DNA of 64,000 nucleotides from Candidatus Bathyarchaeia archaeon (GCA_049515895.1 JBEKTQ010000002.1:123975-187974), one strand, 5' to 3'; shown: positions 1-10,800, counted from the first letter of the stretch. The notes: a model not told the origin generated them from the sequence alone. Numbers and translations are program-made.

Positions 1-110
1 GGAGCTCTGTCTTTGAAGGCTGCTTTTCGGCTAAGTGGCTCGTTAAGTTCGACTTTTTTTACTCCGTTAGCTCGGTAGAAGGTTTTAACGGTTTTTATGC
101 AGCGCTTCAT
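1..110 (-). pseudogene. possible tyrosine-integrase fragment running off the window edge
   Basis: Minus strand reads MKRCIKTVKTFYRANGVKKVELNEPLSRKAAFKDRA, which resembles the middle region of archaeal XerC-like integrases (from memory). An in-frame stop lies just upstream. Confidence 0.35.
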
Positions 111-279
111 TCCGCACGCGTGCGCTCTGGCAATTGATCAAGCGCTGAGAATCTTTATAAGATTGATACAACTCCTAGAAAAGTCGGGAAGAAGTACCTA
201 ACTTCATTCTTGCTTATTCTCGAAATAACAACTATAGTCTAGTGTATTTCTTCACCCAAGAAAAGGAGAAAAAAGAAAA

Positions 280-3048
280 ATGAAAACGCTAAAAAACAAA
301 ATTGCAGCCATGACGATTTCGATATTCTTTATACTTTCAATGACAGCTTCAATGACGCTAATACCAAATGCTAACGCACAAACTCTAGCACCGGGTAAGA
401 TAGATATTCAAACCTACGCTTTCATTCATTGCGGGCCTAATCCAATAGGCGTCGGCCAAACAATCACCGTCGGCTTCTGGATTAACATTCCTCCTCCGAC
501 AGCAAGCGGTCCATACGGCGATAGATTTACCGGCATGAAGGTTACTGTTACAGCGCCTGATGGAACCAACACTACACTAGGACCGTTTACTTCTGATGAC
601 ACAGGAGGAACATCTACTACATACACTCCTACTGCTACTGGTACGTACAACTTCCAAATGAGCTATCCAGGACAATATTTGACAGGGGGTCCGAACGGCC
701 TCATCCCGACGGCCACCGCGACAATCAAAGCGTTCGTCGGTGATTACATGGAGCCAGCCATTAGTAATATTTTCTCAGTTACAGTGCAGCAGGCACCAGT
801 AGGAGGAGTCTCAGTAGCTCCTCTTCCGACATCTTACTGGCAGACACCAATAAATGCAATGAACGTCAATAACTGGTACGTTCTTGGCGGTGCATCCCTT
901 GATGCTGGTGGATACACCACGATTTCAGGTTCAGCCTATAACGCTTCCTCAAACTATAACCCTTACACTACAGCGCCTCTAACTTCTCACATACTTTGGA
1001 CAAAACCCGTCGCGTTTGGAGGGGTACTCGGAGGGCAATTCGGCGGTACAACAACCTACGGCAATTATTACTCCACATCACAGTACGAAAAAAGATTTGA
1101 GCCTATAATAATTAACGGATATCTATACTACACACAACACCCAGGAAGCTCAACCAATCCGACGGCCAACGTTTGCTTAGACTTGTACACTGGACAAACA
1201 GTATGGACTGACGATTCCTCCAACTACGGCGGCGGTTCTCCAGCGCAAACAGCCCTAACCTCAGCGGGCGTGGTAACGCCTCTATACTTCGGCCAAATAC
1301 TTGATTTCGTCTCGCCTAACCAGTTCGGTGGCCTCGCATATCTATGGACTGAAGGAACACTAGCCGGAATGGTCTCGACTGGAACCACATACAACATGTT
1401 TGATGCTATGACGGGCAAATACATTCTGAGCATTGTAAACGGTACTACCATGGGGGCTTCAGGTGCGCCAGGTCCTAACCCTGATAGTGCTGGCAACATG
1501 ATTGGCTACTATGTTAATAATACCGCCGGCACACAAGCAGTCATGGGCATAATCAATGACAACATCGGACCATCACCGACAGCGGTTACTATTAGCGGTC
1601 CCGCGTTGGAGATGTGGAACTCAACAGAATGCATTCTGGCAGGAGCATGGGCTACCCAAGCATCGGGCTGGCAATGGAGACCTCCACAAGATGGCGTAAT
1701 TCCGTTTTCGGGTGGTATAGTGTGGGCAGTGGCACTTCCTACTAGCATTTCAGGTAACGCAGTGCAGAGTCCGTGGGGGATAGTAGCTGATAGCGATGCA
1801 ATTGTTCTGAGCTCCTACTCTAGCACAAGCGTATCCTCGTACTACATCCCAGGATGGATCCTTTACGCAGGCTACAGCATGACGACAGGGCAACGGCTAT
1901 GGATAGAAAATGTAACAATTGCACCGTGGGCTGGAAACGTTAATACTGGATACGCTAGTGGTGACGGCGTTTTTACACTAGCTCTAAAAAGTGTTTACGC
2001 AGTAAACGGCTACAGTCAGACTACGGGAGCGCTGCTTTGGACAACTCAACTCACTGGCGCCAATGGAGCGACCCCTGACAGTTACGACACCGTTGGCGGC
2101 TACACTGACGTCATCGCCAACAACACTCTTTACTATGCAGGCTTTGGCGGAGACATATGGTCAATAAACATGGCAAATGGAAAAATCAACTGGTACACCA
2201 ACACAACAGCGCTTCAAGGTCACTCTGGCACTAACAGTCCCTATGACGTGTGGCCAATATGGGTCTTCGCTGAAGGAGGCGTTGCTGACGGCGTTCTATT
2301 CTTGGCAGAGGGACATGAATACAGTCCGCCGCTATTCCTCGGAGCACAGCAGCTGGCTATCAACTGCACCAACGGGAAACTAGTATGGAGCATAGATGCC
2401 TTCGACGTTGACGGCAATCCAACCACCGCGTATGGCGTCATGATGGCCCTAAATGCATACGATAACCAAATTTACGCGTATAGCATGGGACCCAGCAAAA
2501 CTACTATCAGTGCGCCTCAAGTAGGCATAACAACTGCAACACCAATAACAATTACAGGTTCAGTCATGGATATTTCGGCAGGCTCATCACAGCAGGCAGT
2601 CGCAAAAGCCTTCCCCAACGGATTGCCATGCGTATCTGACGCTAGCATGTCCGCGTTCATGGAAGCAGTCTATATGCAGCAGCCGATGCCAACTAGCATA
2701 ACCGGAGTCCCAGTTACAGTATACGTCTTAGACAGCAACCACAATTACCGTTCAATTGGCACAACCACGACTAACGCAAACGGTTTCTACAGCCTTGCAT
2801 GGACGCCTGACATCACGGGTAACTATACTGTCACCGCCGTCTTTGCGGGCACAGACGCATACTATGGGTCTTCCGCCAATGCAGCCTTCTACGCCACTTT
2901 ACCAGCGGCAACAACCGCACCGACAGCAACACCAGCGACAGGGTTAGCATCCAACACAACCGTCATATACGGCATCGTAGCAATCGCCATCATCATAGTC
3001 GTCATCGGCGCAGTACTCGCAATACTCGTCACAAGAAAACACCCATAA
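280..3048 (+). CDS. secreted PQQ-binding-like beta-propeller surface protein with Ig-like domains and C-terminal membrane anchor
   Basis: 922-aa ORF with signal peptide, repeated TG-x-x-x-W propeller motifs, Thr/Pro linker, and a C-terminal TM helix plus basic tail. GGAG SD upstream. Confidence 0.85.
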   Translation: MKTLKNKIAAMTISIFFILSMTASMTLIPNANAQTLAPGKIDIQTYAFIHCGPNPIGVGQTITVGFWINIPPPTASGPYGDRFTGMKVTVTAPDGTNTTLGPFTSDDTGGTSTTYTPTATGTYNFQMSYPGQYLTGGPNGLIPTATATIKAFVGDYMEPAISNIFSVTVQQAPVGGVSVAPLPTSYWQTPINAMNVNNWYVLGGASLDAGGYTTISGSAYNASSNYNPYTTAPLTSHILWTKPVAFGGVLGGQFGGTTTYGNYYSTSQYEKRFEPIIINGYLYYTQHPGSSTNPTANVCLDLYTGQTVWTDDSSNYGGGSPAQTALTSAGVVTPLYFGQILDFVSPNQFGGLAYLWTEGTLAGMVSTGTTYNMFDAMTGKYILSIVNGTTMGASGAPGPNPDSAGNMIGYYVNNTAGTQAVMGIINDNIGPSPTAVTISGPALEMWNSTECILAGAWATQASGWQWRPPQDGVIPFSGGIVWAVALPTSISGNAVQSPWGIVADSDAIVLSSYSSTSVSSYYIPGWILYAGYSMTTGQRLWIENVTIAPWAGNVNTGYASGDGVFTLALKSVYAVNGYSQTTGALLWTTQLTGANGATPDSYDTVGGYTDVIANNTLYYAGFGGDIWSINMANGKINWYTNTTALQGHSGTNSPYDVWPIWVFAEGGVADGVLFLAEGHEYSPPLFLGAQQLAINCTNGKLVWSIDAFDVDGNPTTAYGVMMALNAYDNQIYAYSMGPSKTTISAPQVGITTATPITITGSVMDISAGSSQQAVAKAFPNGLPCVSDASMSAFMEAVYMQQPMPTSITGVPVTVYVLDSNHNYRSIGTTTTNANGFYSLAWTPDITGNYTVTAVFAGTDAYYGSSANAAFYATLPAATTAPTATPATGLASNTTVIYGIVAIAIIIVVIGAVLAILVTRKHP

Positions 3049-3316
3049 ACGGCAAAACCAAACAAAAACATCAACTTCCCCTTTTTTAGTCCTTCAAAAA
3101 TAATGGAGAGAAAATGGGGCTGAATAGGCTCTGGTTAAATCTAACAATCAAAGGCAAAAGCTGCAGTTGAACAATTTGCATTTAATCTTTTCTTCTTAAA
3201 ATTCGGGTCCAGAGCCCCAGCAAACCCATTTTTACTTAATTGAAGATCTTTTTAATTAGCATAATTTTGGCAATTTTTTGAAATTAAAAATAGTTTTTAC
3301 ACAGTCTCAGGCAGGT

Positions 3317-4006
3317 TCAAGCCGCAAAGATTATCGGGTATATTTCTTTAGTGATGTATTCGGTGTATTTGTTTTTGTCTGCGGTGTTGAATATGGTGAC
3401 CGATGCGTCTCGGGTGATGCCAACGACATATCCAGTTTCTTTGGATTTGGCGACGATGTACCAGAGTTTGCCATGTTTAGTGTAGTCGTCGAAGAGCTGG
3501 GTGTTTGAAAGGTCTGGTCCGTACAGTGACAGTTTGTCCACGTTGGGTATGTCTACATCGTCAAAGAAGGTTATCTTTGTGCCTTCGGGGTTCTTGAGGT
3601 GGAACTCTTTTATGGTTTCAGGCGTGATGCAAGCTTCGACTATAATGCCGACTTTTTCAAAGAGGACTTCTCCGAGTTTGTTGGCGACGAAGTTGGCGAT
3701 GCGTTTCCTTTCGACCACCGTTAGAAATGTTGTACCCTGAATTTTGGAGAAACTGAACATGGCTTCGATAGTTTGAGGCAAGGGTGCTCGTGTCCCTCGG
3801 TGGAAAGCGTATGTTACGTAGTCATTCGAGTAGACGCCATTGAGCATGTTCGCTTTCTGCTGAAGACCTACTACTTCACTTATGAGCGTAAAATTATTGT
3901 TGCCTTCCTCAAATGGCGTTTCAACGTGGTAACCGTTAAGATTCGAGGCAATATCAGCTATCGACATAGGTTGGGAGACCGTAAAAATTTTCCCAGCAAC
4001 AACCAT
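3317..4006 (-). CDS. conserved archaeal hypothetical protein
   Basis: 229-aa ORF with protein-like composition, immediately downstream of tRNA-Val. Confidence 0.75.
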   Translation of the reverse strand: MVVAGKIFTVSQPMSIADIASNLNGYHVETPFEEGNNNFTLISEVVGLQQKANMLNGVYSNDYVTYAFHRGTRAPLPQTIEAMFSFSKIQGTTFLTVVERKRIANFVANKLGEVLFEKVGIIVEACITPETIKEFHLKNPEGTKITFFDDVDIPNVDKLSLYGPDLSNTQLFDDYTKHGKLWYIVAKSKETGYVVGITRDASVTIFNTADKNKYTEYITKEIYPIIFAA

Positions 4007-4076
4007 AACCGTTTCCCGCGAATATAATGGTAATTGCGGATGCTTAAATATTGTTTCGGCTTGAACCTATTGAGAG

Positions 4077-4151
4077 TGGGCCGAGCCGGACTTGAACCGG
4101 CGACCTTTGGCTCGTAAAGCCAACGTCCTAACCAAGCTAGACGACCGGCCC
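4077..4151 (-). tRNA. tRNA-Val(TAC)
   Basis: Reverse complement GGGCCGG...TTGGC-TT-TAC-GA-GCCAA...GGTTCAAGTCC...TCGGCCCA folds into a cloverleaf. Confidence 0.97.
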
Positions 4152-4243
4152 GCACAATTTGCTTATTCAAGGCTTGATTGAAGCTGTGTGTATTATGAAA
4201 CTAAGTTGGTTCCATATTAGAATTTTCGTTGGGCTAAAGCCAA

Positions 4244-5173
4244 CTACGCTTTAGATTTTGCTTTTGCAGTGTTGAACGTTACCATGAAGACGCCTATGAA
4301 GATCAGGATTGCGCCCGCGATGACTGAAGGGTAGAGGACTTCGTTGATAAACATCACGGCGAAAACCGCAGTTATTAAGGGCTCGGCGAACAGAAATGTG
4401 CTTGCTGTTGCTCCCGCTTTCTTGAGCACGTAGAACCAGATGAAGTACCCGAGCAGCGAGCAAGTTGAAGCCAGGTACAATATACTTAACCAATCGTTGA
4501 GGGTCATGCTAAAGAGCTGCATGAAGGAGCCTTCAGCAAGCGAAAACGGCATTAGGCATGCTCCTCCAAGCAGGCTGACGTAGGCGACCACGAGGAAGGC
4601 ATCGTATTTCTGCATGATTTTTTGCCCCAGCAAACTGTAGGTCGCCCACATGATGGGAGTTGAAAGCAAAATCAAGGTGCCGATTAAGAAGTTCATGCTT
4701 CCCTCAAGATTTAGGAGGTCAGCTAAGACAACGAGCAATGTGCCAGCGGCAGCAATTGCGATGCCGATGATCTGCTTTTTTCTCAACTGGTCGCCGAACA
4801 GCCTAGCCGAGAAAATAGTGATCAATATGGGCGACAGAAGGCAAACCATAATTGCGGCTATTGAGGCTCCAGCGAGCTGAATCCCCGTGTACTGTACGGT
4901 GAAAAAAAACGTTACGCCGGTAAGCGCTAGCGCCAGCAAAACCAGCAGGTCTTTCCGCTCGATGCTTAGTCGGTAAGCTGGGCTCACCCGCTTCTTTAAA
5001 GCCAGCGCGACAAGGAAGAGTGCACCTGCTAAAAGAAACCGAAAAGTTGCTACTGCGATGGGCGTCAATCCATCATCCAGAAGCTGCTTGACAACCACGA
5101 AGGAGCTTCCCCAGAAAATAATCAGCAAAACCATTAAGAAAGCCTGAAAAGGACTGATTGAACGGGAAGCCAT
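4244..5173 (-). CDS. DMT/EamA family transporter
   Basis: Ten hydrophobic segments, two EamA repeats (FWGSSF...RF; WATYS...EP). Confidence 0.92.
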   Translation of the reverse strand: MASRSISPFQAFLMVLLIIFWGSSFVVVKQLLDDGLTPIAVATFRFLLAGALFLVALALKKRVSPAYRLSIERKDLLVLLALALTGVTFFFTVQYTGIQLAGASIAAIMVCLLSPILITIFSARLFGDQLRKKQIIGIAIAAAGTLLVVLADLLNLEGSMNFLIGTLILLSTPIMWATYSLLGQKIMQKYDAFLVVAYVSLLGGACLMPFSLAEGSFMQLFSMTLNDWLSILYLASTCSLLGYFIWFYVLKKAGATASTFLFAEPLITAVFAVMFINEVLYPSVIAGAILIFIGVFMVTFNTAKAKSKA

Positions 5174-5312
5174 GCGTCAAAATACGGCCGATTGCCTTTT
5201 AAGCGTTAAACCCGCCTCAATTGATTTTAACATGAAAAGGCAGATGAGCCCTTAGTTTGTTTGAGACGGATTTATATATCAAGCTGAACTTAGCTTTTTT
5301 AGGTGAACAATT

Positions 5313-5771
5313 TTGGTTTCTCAAAAACTTTTAGATTATTTAAACAAAGCCATAGCTCGCGAACTCCAAGTCAGCATTCAGTACATGTGGCAGCACGTAC
5401 AAGTTACAGGGTTGGACGGCGCTATCGTGGAAGACATTTTCCGCAAGATAGCTATCGCTGAAATGAAGCATGCCGAACGCTTAGCTGAACAGCTCGACTA
5501 CCTCAACGGCGTGCCCACAACCCAGCCTGAACCCATTTTTGTCGGCGGCAGCCTCGTCGAAATGCTCAGGCAGGACCAGGTTGAGGAGGAGGTAGCCATC
5601 GAGCTCTATAAGGAGGCAATACAGGTTGCGCATCAAGAGGGCGACTACACCACAAGACGGTTGCTTGAAGAGATTCTGGCGGATGAGGAAACGCACATTA
5701 ACACTTTTGGTAAGCTGCTTGTCGGCATGACGGAACCATTCACACAACCAGGAACATCCCAATTGGGATAA
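5313..5771 (+). CDS. ferritin-like / bacterioferritin family protein
   Basis: E...QY, EMKHAE and DEETH di-iron motifs. Confidence 0.9.
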   Translation: MVSQKLLDYLNKAIARELQVSIQYMWQHVQVTGLDGAIVEDIFRKIAIAEMKHAERLAEQLDYLNGVPTTQPEPIFVGGSLVEMLRQDQVEEEVAIELYKEAIQVAHQEGDYTTRRLLEEILADEETHINTFGKLLVGMTEPFTQPGTSQLG

Positions 5772-5959
5772 CAAAACAAATGTCTATGGTCAGCCAAACT
5801 TAAGCTTAGAAGTACGACAAGCATTTTTTGTTTGTTGTTGTTCTACTTTTAATAATCCAAATTAATAGCTATCAATATGTCTCTCGTTTCGCCAATTCTA
5901 ATGTTCCATAAGGCTCAAGCAATACACATATATCAACGCGGGCAGATGGGTGTTGTTCA

Positions 5960-7774
5960 TTGGTGCCAAGCTTGGATGATTCTGTTTTTTTGAGATGCCC
6001 AGTTTGTGGAATCCAGATAGATACGGAGAACTTGGCATCAAGAATCGAAGCGGCGTGCGAAAGTTTCGGGGGCAAAAAACACTGTTTCTGCAGCGAAAAC
6101 TGTCGACGACACTTTCTAGAAGACCCCCGAATTGCGTACTTCTCAATGGAAATCGGTATTTCAAGTAAAATGCCGACGTACAGCGGCGGATTAGGAGTCT
6201 TAGCGGGGGACATAGTGAAATCCAGCGCGGACCTGCGACTGCAGATGGTGGCCATCACACTTGCAAGTAGAAAAGGTTACTTCAGACAAAAACTCACTGA
6301 GCATGGGGACCAGCTTGAGTTTCCTGACGAGTGGGACCCAGCGAAAACCTTAACTCGTATGCCCAATGTTGTCACCGTAACCATTGAAGGTCGCCCCGTC
6401 AAAGTGCAAGCTTGGCTTCATGAGTACCAGAGCCCTACGGGGGGTATGGTGCCAATTCTCTTTCTGGACACCGATATGGAAGAGAACTTTCCTGAAGACA
6501 GAAGGATCACAGATTCATTGTACGGCGGCGACAAAAGCTACAGGCTAAAACAAGAGATCGTTCTTGGCATTGGCGGCACTAAACTCCTAAGGAACTTGCC
6601 CTTCAAAATCCGAAAGTACCACATGAACGAAGGTCACTCCAGCCTACTGACACTTGAACTGCTGAAAGAGAATGACATGGACGCCGAAAAAGTGCAAAAC
6701 CTATGCGTTTTCACAACGCACAGCCCGGTGGAAGCCGCATTCGATCAGTTCTCATATGAACTTGTCCAGCAAATGCTTGACAAAGAATACCCATTGGCTG
6801 AAATGAAGCAGTATGCGGGAACAGAAAACCTCAACATGGCTTTCCTATCATTAAACTTAAGTAAATACATAAACGGCGTTTCCATGGCGCACGTGGATTA
6901 TTCTAGAAAACTTTTTCCAGGTCGTTACATTCGAGCGGTTACAAACGGAGTCCATTCTGCCACATGGACGAGCCTTTACTTCAGGCAGCTTTTCGACAAA
7001 TACATTCCGGGCTGGACTAACGAACCCATACTTCTTGCTAGAGCCAGCGAGATTCCGAACCGAGAAGTTTGGGACGCCCACTATAAAGCGAAAACGGACC
7101 TACTGACTTTTGTTGAAAAAACCAATGGGGTAACATTGGATCCTCAAGCTTTGACAATTGGCTTTGCTAGAAGAGCCACAGGATATAAACGTGCAACTCT
7201 CATTTTCACCGACCTGCATAGGCTAACAGACATCAATCGGAAAGAAAAAATCCAAATGATATTCGCTGGAAAAGCACACCCAAAAGACATTGACGGAAAG
7301 AAGCTCATAAGGCAAATCCACGATTACGCTCGTACACTGAAAGACCAAGTAAAGATAGTTTACTTGGAGAATTATGACATGGACATCGCGGCGAAACTGA
7401 CTTCAGGCGTTGACGTCTGGCTGAACACGCCTTTACCGCCTTTTGAGGCTTCCGGAACCAGCGGTATGAAAGCTGCCCACAACGGTGTCGTAAACTTCAG
7501 TGTCCTCGATGGTTGGTGGATGGAAGGCTGCATCGAAGGTGTGACTGGCTGGGCAATAGGTCCACACCCAAGAGAATTGTTTGCTGAAAGTGAGAGAAGA
7601 GAACTAGAACTCCAAGATCTCTACAGCAAACTCGAATACCTAATAGTTCCAACATTCTACACGCAGAAAGATGCTTGGATAAATCTTATGAAAAACTCTA
7701 TCGCAAAAATAGCCTACTACTTCGAGACCCAATGGGTTGTGCGAAGATACATCACGGAAGCCTACCTCATCTAA
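5960..7774 (+). CDS. glgP: alpha-glucan phosphorylase with N-terminal YHS/TRASH domain
   Basis: AYFSME, YSGGLGVLAGD, HMNEGH and EASGTSGMK (PLP lysine) motifs. N-terminal CPVCG...FCSENC. Confidence 0.93.
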   Translation: MVPSLDDSVFLRCPVCGIQIDTENLASRIEAACESFGGKKHCFCSENCRRHFLEDPRIAYFSMEIGISSKMPTYSGGLGVLAGDIVKSSADLRLQMVAITLASRKGYFRQKLTEHGDQLEFPDEWDPAKTLTRMPNVVTVTIEGRPVKVQAWLHEYQSPTGGMVPILFLDTDMEENFPEDRRITDSLYGGDKSYRLKQEIVLGIGGTKLLRNLPFKIRKYHMNEGHSSLLTLELLKENDMDAEKVQNLCVFTTHSPVEAAFDQFSYELVQQMLDKEYPLAEMKQYAGTENLNMAFLSLNLSKYINGVSMAHVDYSRKLFPGRYIRAVTNGVHSATWTSLYFRQLFDKYIPGWTNEPILLARASEIPNREVWDAHYKAKTDLLTFVEKTNGVTLDPQALTIGFARRATGYKRATLIFTDLHRLTDINRKEKIQMIFAGKAHPKDIDGKKLIRQIHDYARTLKDQVKIVYLENYDMDIAAKLTSGVDVWLNTPLPPFEASGTSGMKAAHNGVVNFSVLDGWWMEGCIEGVTGWAIGPHPRELFAESERRELELQDLYSKLEYLIVPTFYTQKDAWINLMKNSIAKIAYYFETQWVVRRYITEAYLI

Positions 7775-7839
7775 AACCCAACGCCAAATCGAGCTACTTA
7801 CAAATCGAAAGAACCAAACAAAAATAAAAGGAAAACTGC

Positions 7840-9186
7840 TTAGCGCAGTTTCATTATCACCAGTTCTGCGGCTAAAACCATGGGTTCCCATGTTTCGCAT
7901 AGTGGCGGTGCATAGGCTGTGTCGGCTTTCGCCAATTCCCTAACGGTCATTTGCTTTTGTATAGCGAATGATAGCGCGTTTATGCGTTGGGTGACTTCTT
8001 CTCCTCCGACTATTTGGGCTCCGATTATTCGCTCTGATTCTTTCTCAACGATAAGTTTTACTTTGATGGGCTTAGCCGATGGGTAGTAATCAGCTTTTGT
8101 CTTGCTACTGATCGTGCCCGTGACCACCTCGAGTCTGTTACGTGCAGCCGCCGTTTCGCTTATGCCTGTTGAGCCCGCCTCAACTTCGAAGAGCCTGGTC
8201 ACAGCCGATGCAAGGACACCTGAGAACTGCGAGTAGCCGCCGCCTGCGTTCGATCCCGCGACTTTGCCTTCCCGAACCGCAATCGTGCCAAGTTGAGCGC
8301 AAGTTGGCCTGTGCGTAATGATGTTGGGAGCTTCAGCGCAGTCGCCTACTGCGTAAACGTCTTTCACGTCTGTTTCCATGCGTGCGTTTGTCTTGATCGC
8401 TCTTGTTTCCCCTAAAGGTATGCCTGCGTCAGAGGCGAGTTTCGTGTTGGCCCTTACGCCAAAGGAGCTAACGAAAAGGTCAGCTTCAATTTTTTCGCCT
8501 CCAGCTATGATAGCTGTGACTTTGTTTTCGCCGAGAAATTCTTCAACGGGTTTGCTGAGGAGAATAACCATGCCTTTCTCTTGCAGGTGAACTGCAACCT
8601 GTTGCGCCATGTCCGCGTCAAGCAGCTGAGGAAGAATTTGAGGCAACATCTCAACGACCGTGACTTTTAGTCCACGTTCGATCAATGCGACGCCTAGTTC
8701 CAGCCCTATTAAGCCTGCGCCCATAATAACCGCTGACTTCGCGCCTGCTTTTACGGCCGCATCAATTTTCTCGCCGTCCTCGATGCCCCGGAGGCTTAGC
8801 ACCCCAGGTTTTTCCCTGCCCTTAATCGGGGGAGTGAAAGAGTCGGCGCCGGTGGAAATAACCAGGCTGTCATACTGGAGAACCTCGGTGGATCCTTCTT
8901 TAGTTACGACGGTCACAGTTTTTTCTTTGGTGTTAATGGCTGTGGCTTTTGTTTCATTACGCAGGTTTAGCTTTAGCATCTGAAAGTAAGCTGGTGGATA
9001 AACAACCAAATCGTAGAAGCCCGGTATTTGTCCACCAATTACAAAAGGCAATCCGCAGCGTGAGTATCCAGCGGTTTTTTCCTGCGTTATTAGCGTGATT
9101 TCGGCGGCACGGTCTTTTTTGCGTGCGGCTGAAGCTGCTTCCACTCCTGCAGCGTTGGCGCCGATGACTATTACGCGCTTTGCCAT
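7840..9186 (-). CDS. FAD-dependent pyridine nucleotide-disulfide oxidoreductase (NADH oxidase/CoA-disulfide reductase family)
   Basis: GANAAG, single redox Cys in YSRCGLP, GAGLIG, YAVGD and YAPP motifs. Confidence 0.9.
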   Translation of the reverse strand: MAKRVIVIGANAAGVEAASAARKKDRAAEITLITQEKTAGYSRCGLPFVIGGQIPGFYDLVVYPPAYFQMLKLNLRNETKATAINTKEKTVTVVTKEGSTEVLQYDSLVISTGADSFTPPIKGREKPGVLSLRGIEDGEKIDAAVKAGAKSAVIMGAGLIGLELGVALIERGLKVTVVEMLPQILPQLLDADMAQQVAVHLQEKGMVILLSKPVEEFLGENKVTAIIAGGEKIEADLFVSSFGVRANTKLASDAGIPLGETRAIKTNARMETDVKDVYAVGDCAEAPNIITHRPTCAQLGTIAVREGKVAGSNAGGGYSQFSGVLASAVTRLFEVEAGSTGISETAAARNRLEVVTGTISSKTKADYYPSAKPIKVKLIVEKESERIIGAQIVGGEEVTQRINALSFAIQKQMTVRELAKADTAYAPPLCETWEPMVLAAELVIMKLR

Positions 9187-9200
9187 ACTGATGCCTTCAA

Positions 9201-9617
9201 CTATTTGGATTGAACCTGACTCTTATGCCATTCGACGGCTTTGTCAAAGTCCATTAAATTTGCGAGGTCCGCCTGCAAGTTGGAGGGTCTAACAACAATT
9301 AACCAGGCTTTCCCGTATGGGTCCTCATTGAGTGTTTCAGGTTTCGACTGGACTTCATCGTTGACCTCCACGATTGTACCGCTTGCTGCGGCAACAAGGT
9401 CTGACACGGCTTTAACGGATTCCAGTGTTCCATAAGGATCGCCCTGCTTGACTTCTGTCCCAACGCTTGGCAACTCGGCGTAAACGATTTCCCTAAGAGC
9501 TTTTTGTGCGTAGTCAGTGATGCCCATGCGAATCATGTCGCCTTCAATTTTTATCCATTCAAAATCTTTGGAGAAATAGAGCCCTTCGGGCACTTCATAT
9601 GATTCAACTTTAACCAT
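9201..9617 (-). CDS. gcvH: glycine cleavage system H protein (lipoyl carrier)
   Basis: GITDYAQ, ESVKAVSD lipoyl-Lys motif, NEDPYG. Confidence 0.95.
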   Translation of the reverse strand: MVKVESYEVPEGLYFSKDFEWIKIEGDMIRMGITDYAQKALREIVYAELPSVGTEVKQGDPYGTLESVKAVSDLVAAASGTIVEVNDEVQSKPETLNEDPYGKAWLIVVRPSNLQADLANLMDFDKAVEWHKSQVQSK

Positions 9618-9696
9618 GCATTTCGAACCTTCTAAATACTAATCAGTATCAATTTTGGTTTTCAAGCTATAAAAGGTTTCACAAAAGGAAAAGGGC

Positions 9697-10800
9697 TTAG
9701 CGGTCGCGTTTGCCAGCTATCCAATCTTCCGTCCATTGCCTCGCTTGTGGGTCAGGCACCTGAATCGGCGGATGCTTAAACGCGTAGGACGGCATGCTTA
9801 GCAGGGCACCGGCGATTTTGCGGTCTAAAGCGATTTTTGCAGCGCGAATCAAGTCAATCACTACTCCGGCGCTGTTTGGTGAATCTTCTACTTCAAGTTT
9901 AACGCTGATGTTGATGGGTCGGTCGCCGAACTTGCGTCCCTTAAGCGAGATGTAGCAGATTTTCTTATTCTTGAGGAAAGGAACGAAATCTGACGGCCCG
10001 ATTCTTGTGGGCAAAGCGTAAGGAACTAGGCTGGTGACGGCTTCGGTTTTGCTAATTCGCTTCGATGTGAGACGGTTCTCAACGGTCATGTTCTGGAAGT
10101 CGGTGTCGCCTCCGAGGTTTAACTGGTAAGTTTCATCGACGATGACGCCACGGTCCAGGCATAGACGAACAAGGTTACGATGCAAAATTGTGGCGCCAAC
10201 TTGGCTTTTTATGTCGTCACCCAAAACAGGCAAGCCTGCTTTCTCGAATTTTTTTGGCCACTCTTTGGTTTGGTCTGAGGCGATGAATTCAGGCATGCAG
10301 TTCACAAAGGCGCATCCCGCATCAATTGCGCATTGGGCGTAAAATCGGACTGCGTCATGGCTACCGACTGGAAGATAATTTACTAGGACCTGCGTTTTGG
10401 CGTCCTTGAGAACTTTGACGACGCTTTCCTTATCCGTTTTACTGTCATCGTAGACGTTGAAGATCTGCCTCATGTGCGGCGCGACGCCGTCAAGAATTGG
10501 CGCTGGAGAAACCTTCACTCCTAAGTTGGGAACCTCAGCGAATTTTTCGCAGCAGTTTGGCTTGGTGAAAATTGCTTCGGAGAGGTCTTTTCCAATCTTG
10601 TCTTTGTTAACTTCGAAGGCGGCGACAAAACGTATGTCACTAATGTGGTAGCCGCCGTAATTCACATGCATTAATCCGGGAACAGTGGTGTTCTCTTTTG
10701 CGTCTTTATAGTATTGTGTTCCTTGAACAAGGGCTGATGCGCTGTTGCCAACGCCGACTAATGCGACACGTATTTCAGGCATCGAATGGTAACCATCCAA
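9697..10800 (-). CDS. ino1: myo-inositol-1-phosphate synthase
   Basis: GVGNSAS, NYLPVGS, GDDIKSQVGAT and DSPNSAG motifs. True start is probably the Met of MPEIRV. Confidence 0.95.
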   Translation of the reverse strand: MDGYHSMPEIRVALVGVGNSASALVQGTQYYKDAKENTTVPGLMHVNYGGYHISDIRFVAAFEVNKDKIGKDLSEAIFTKPNCCEKFAEVPNLGVKVSPAPILDGVAPHMRQIFNVYDDSKTDKESVVKVLKDAKTQVLVNYLPVGSHDAVRFYAQCAIDAGCAFVNCMPEFIASDQTKEWPKKFEKAGLPVLGDDIKSQVGATILHRNLVRLCLDRGVIVDETYQLNLGGDTDFQNMTVENRLTSKRISKTEAVTSLVPYALPTRIGPSDFVPFLKNKKICYISLKGRKFGDRPINISVKLEVEDSPNSAGVVIDLIRAAKIALDRKIAGALLSMPSYAFKHPPIQVPDPQARQWTEDWIAGKRDR

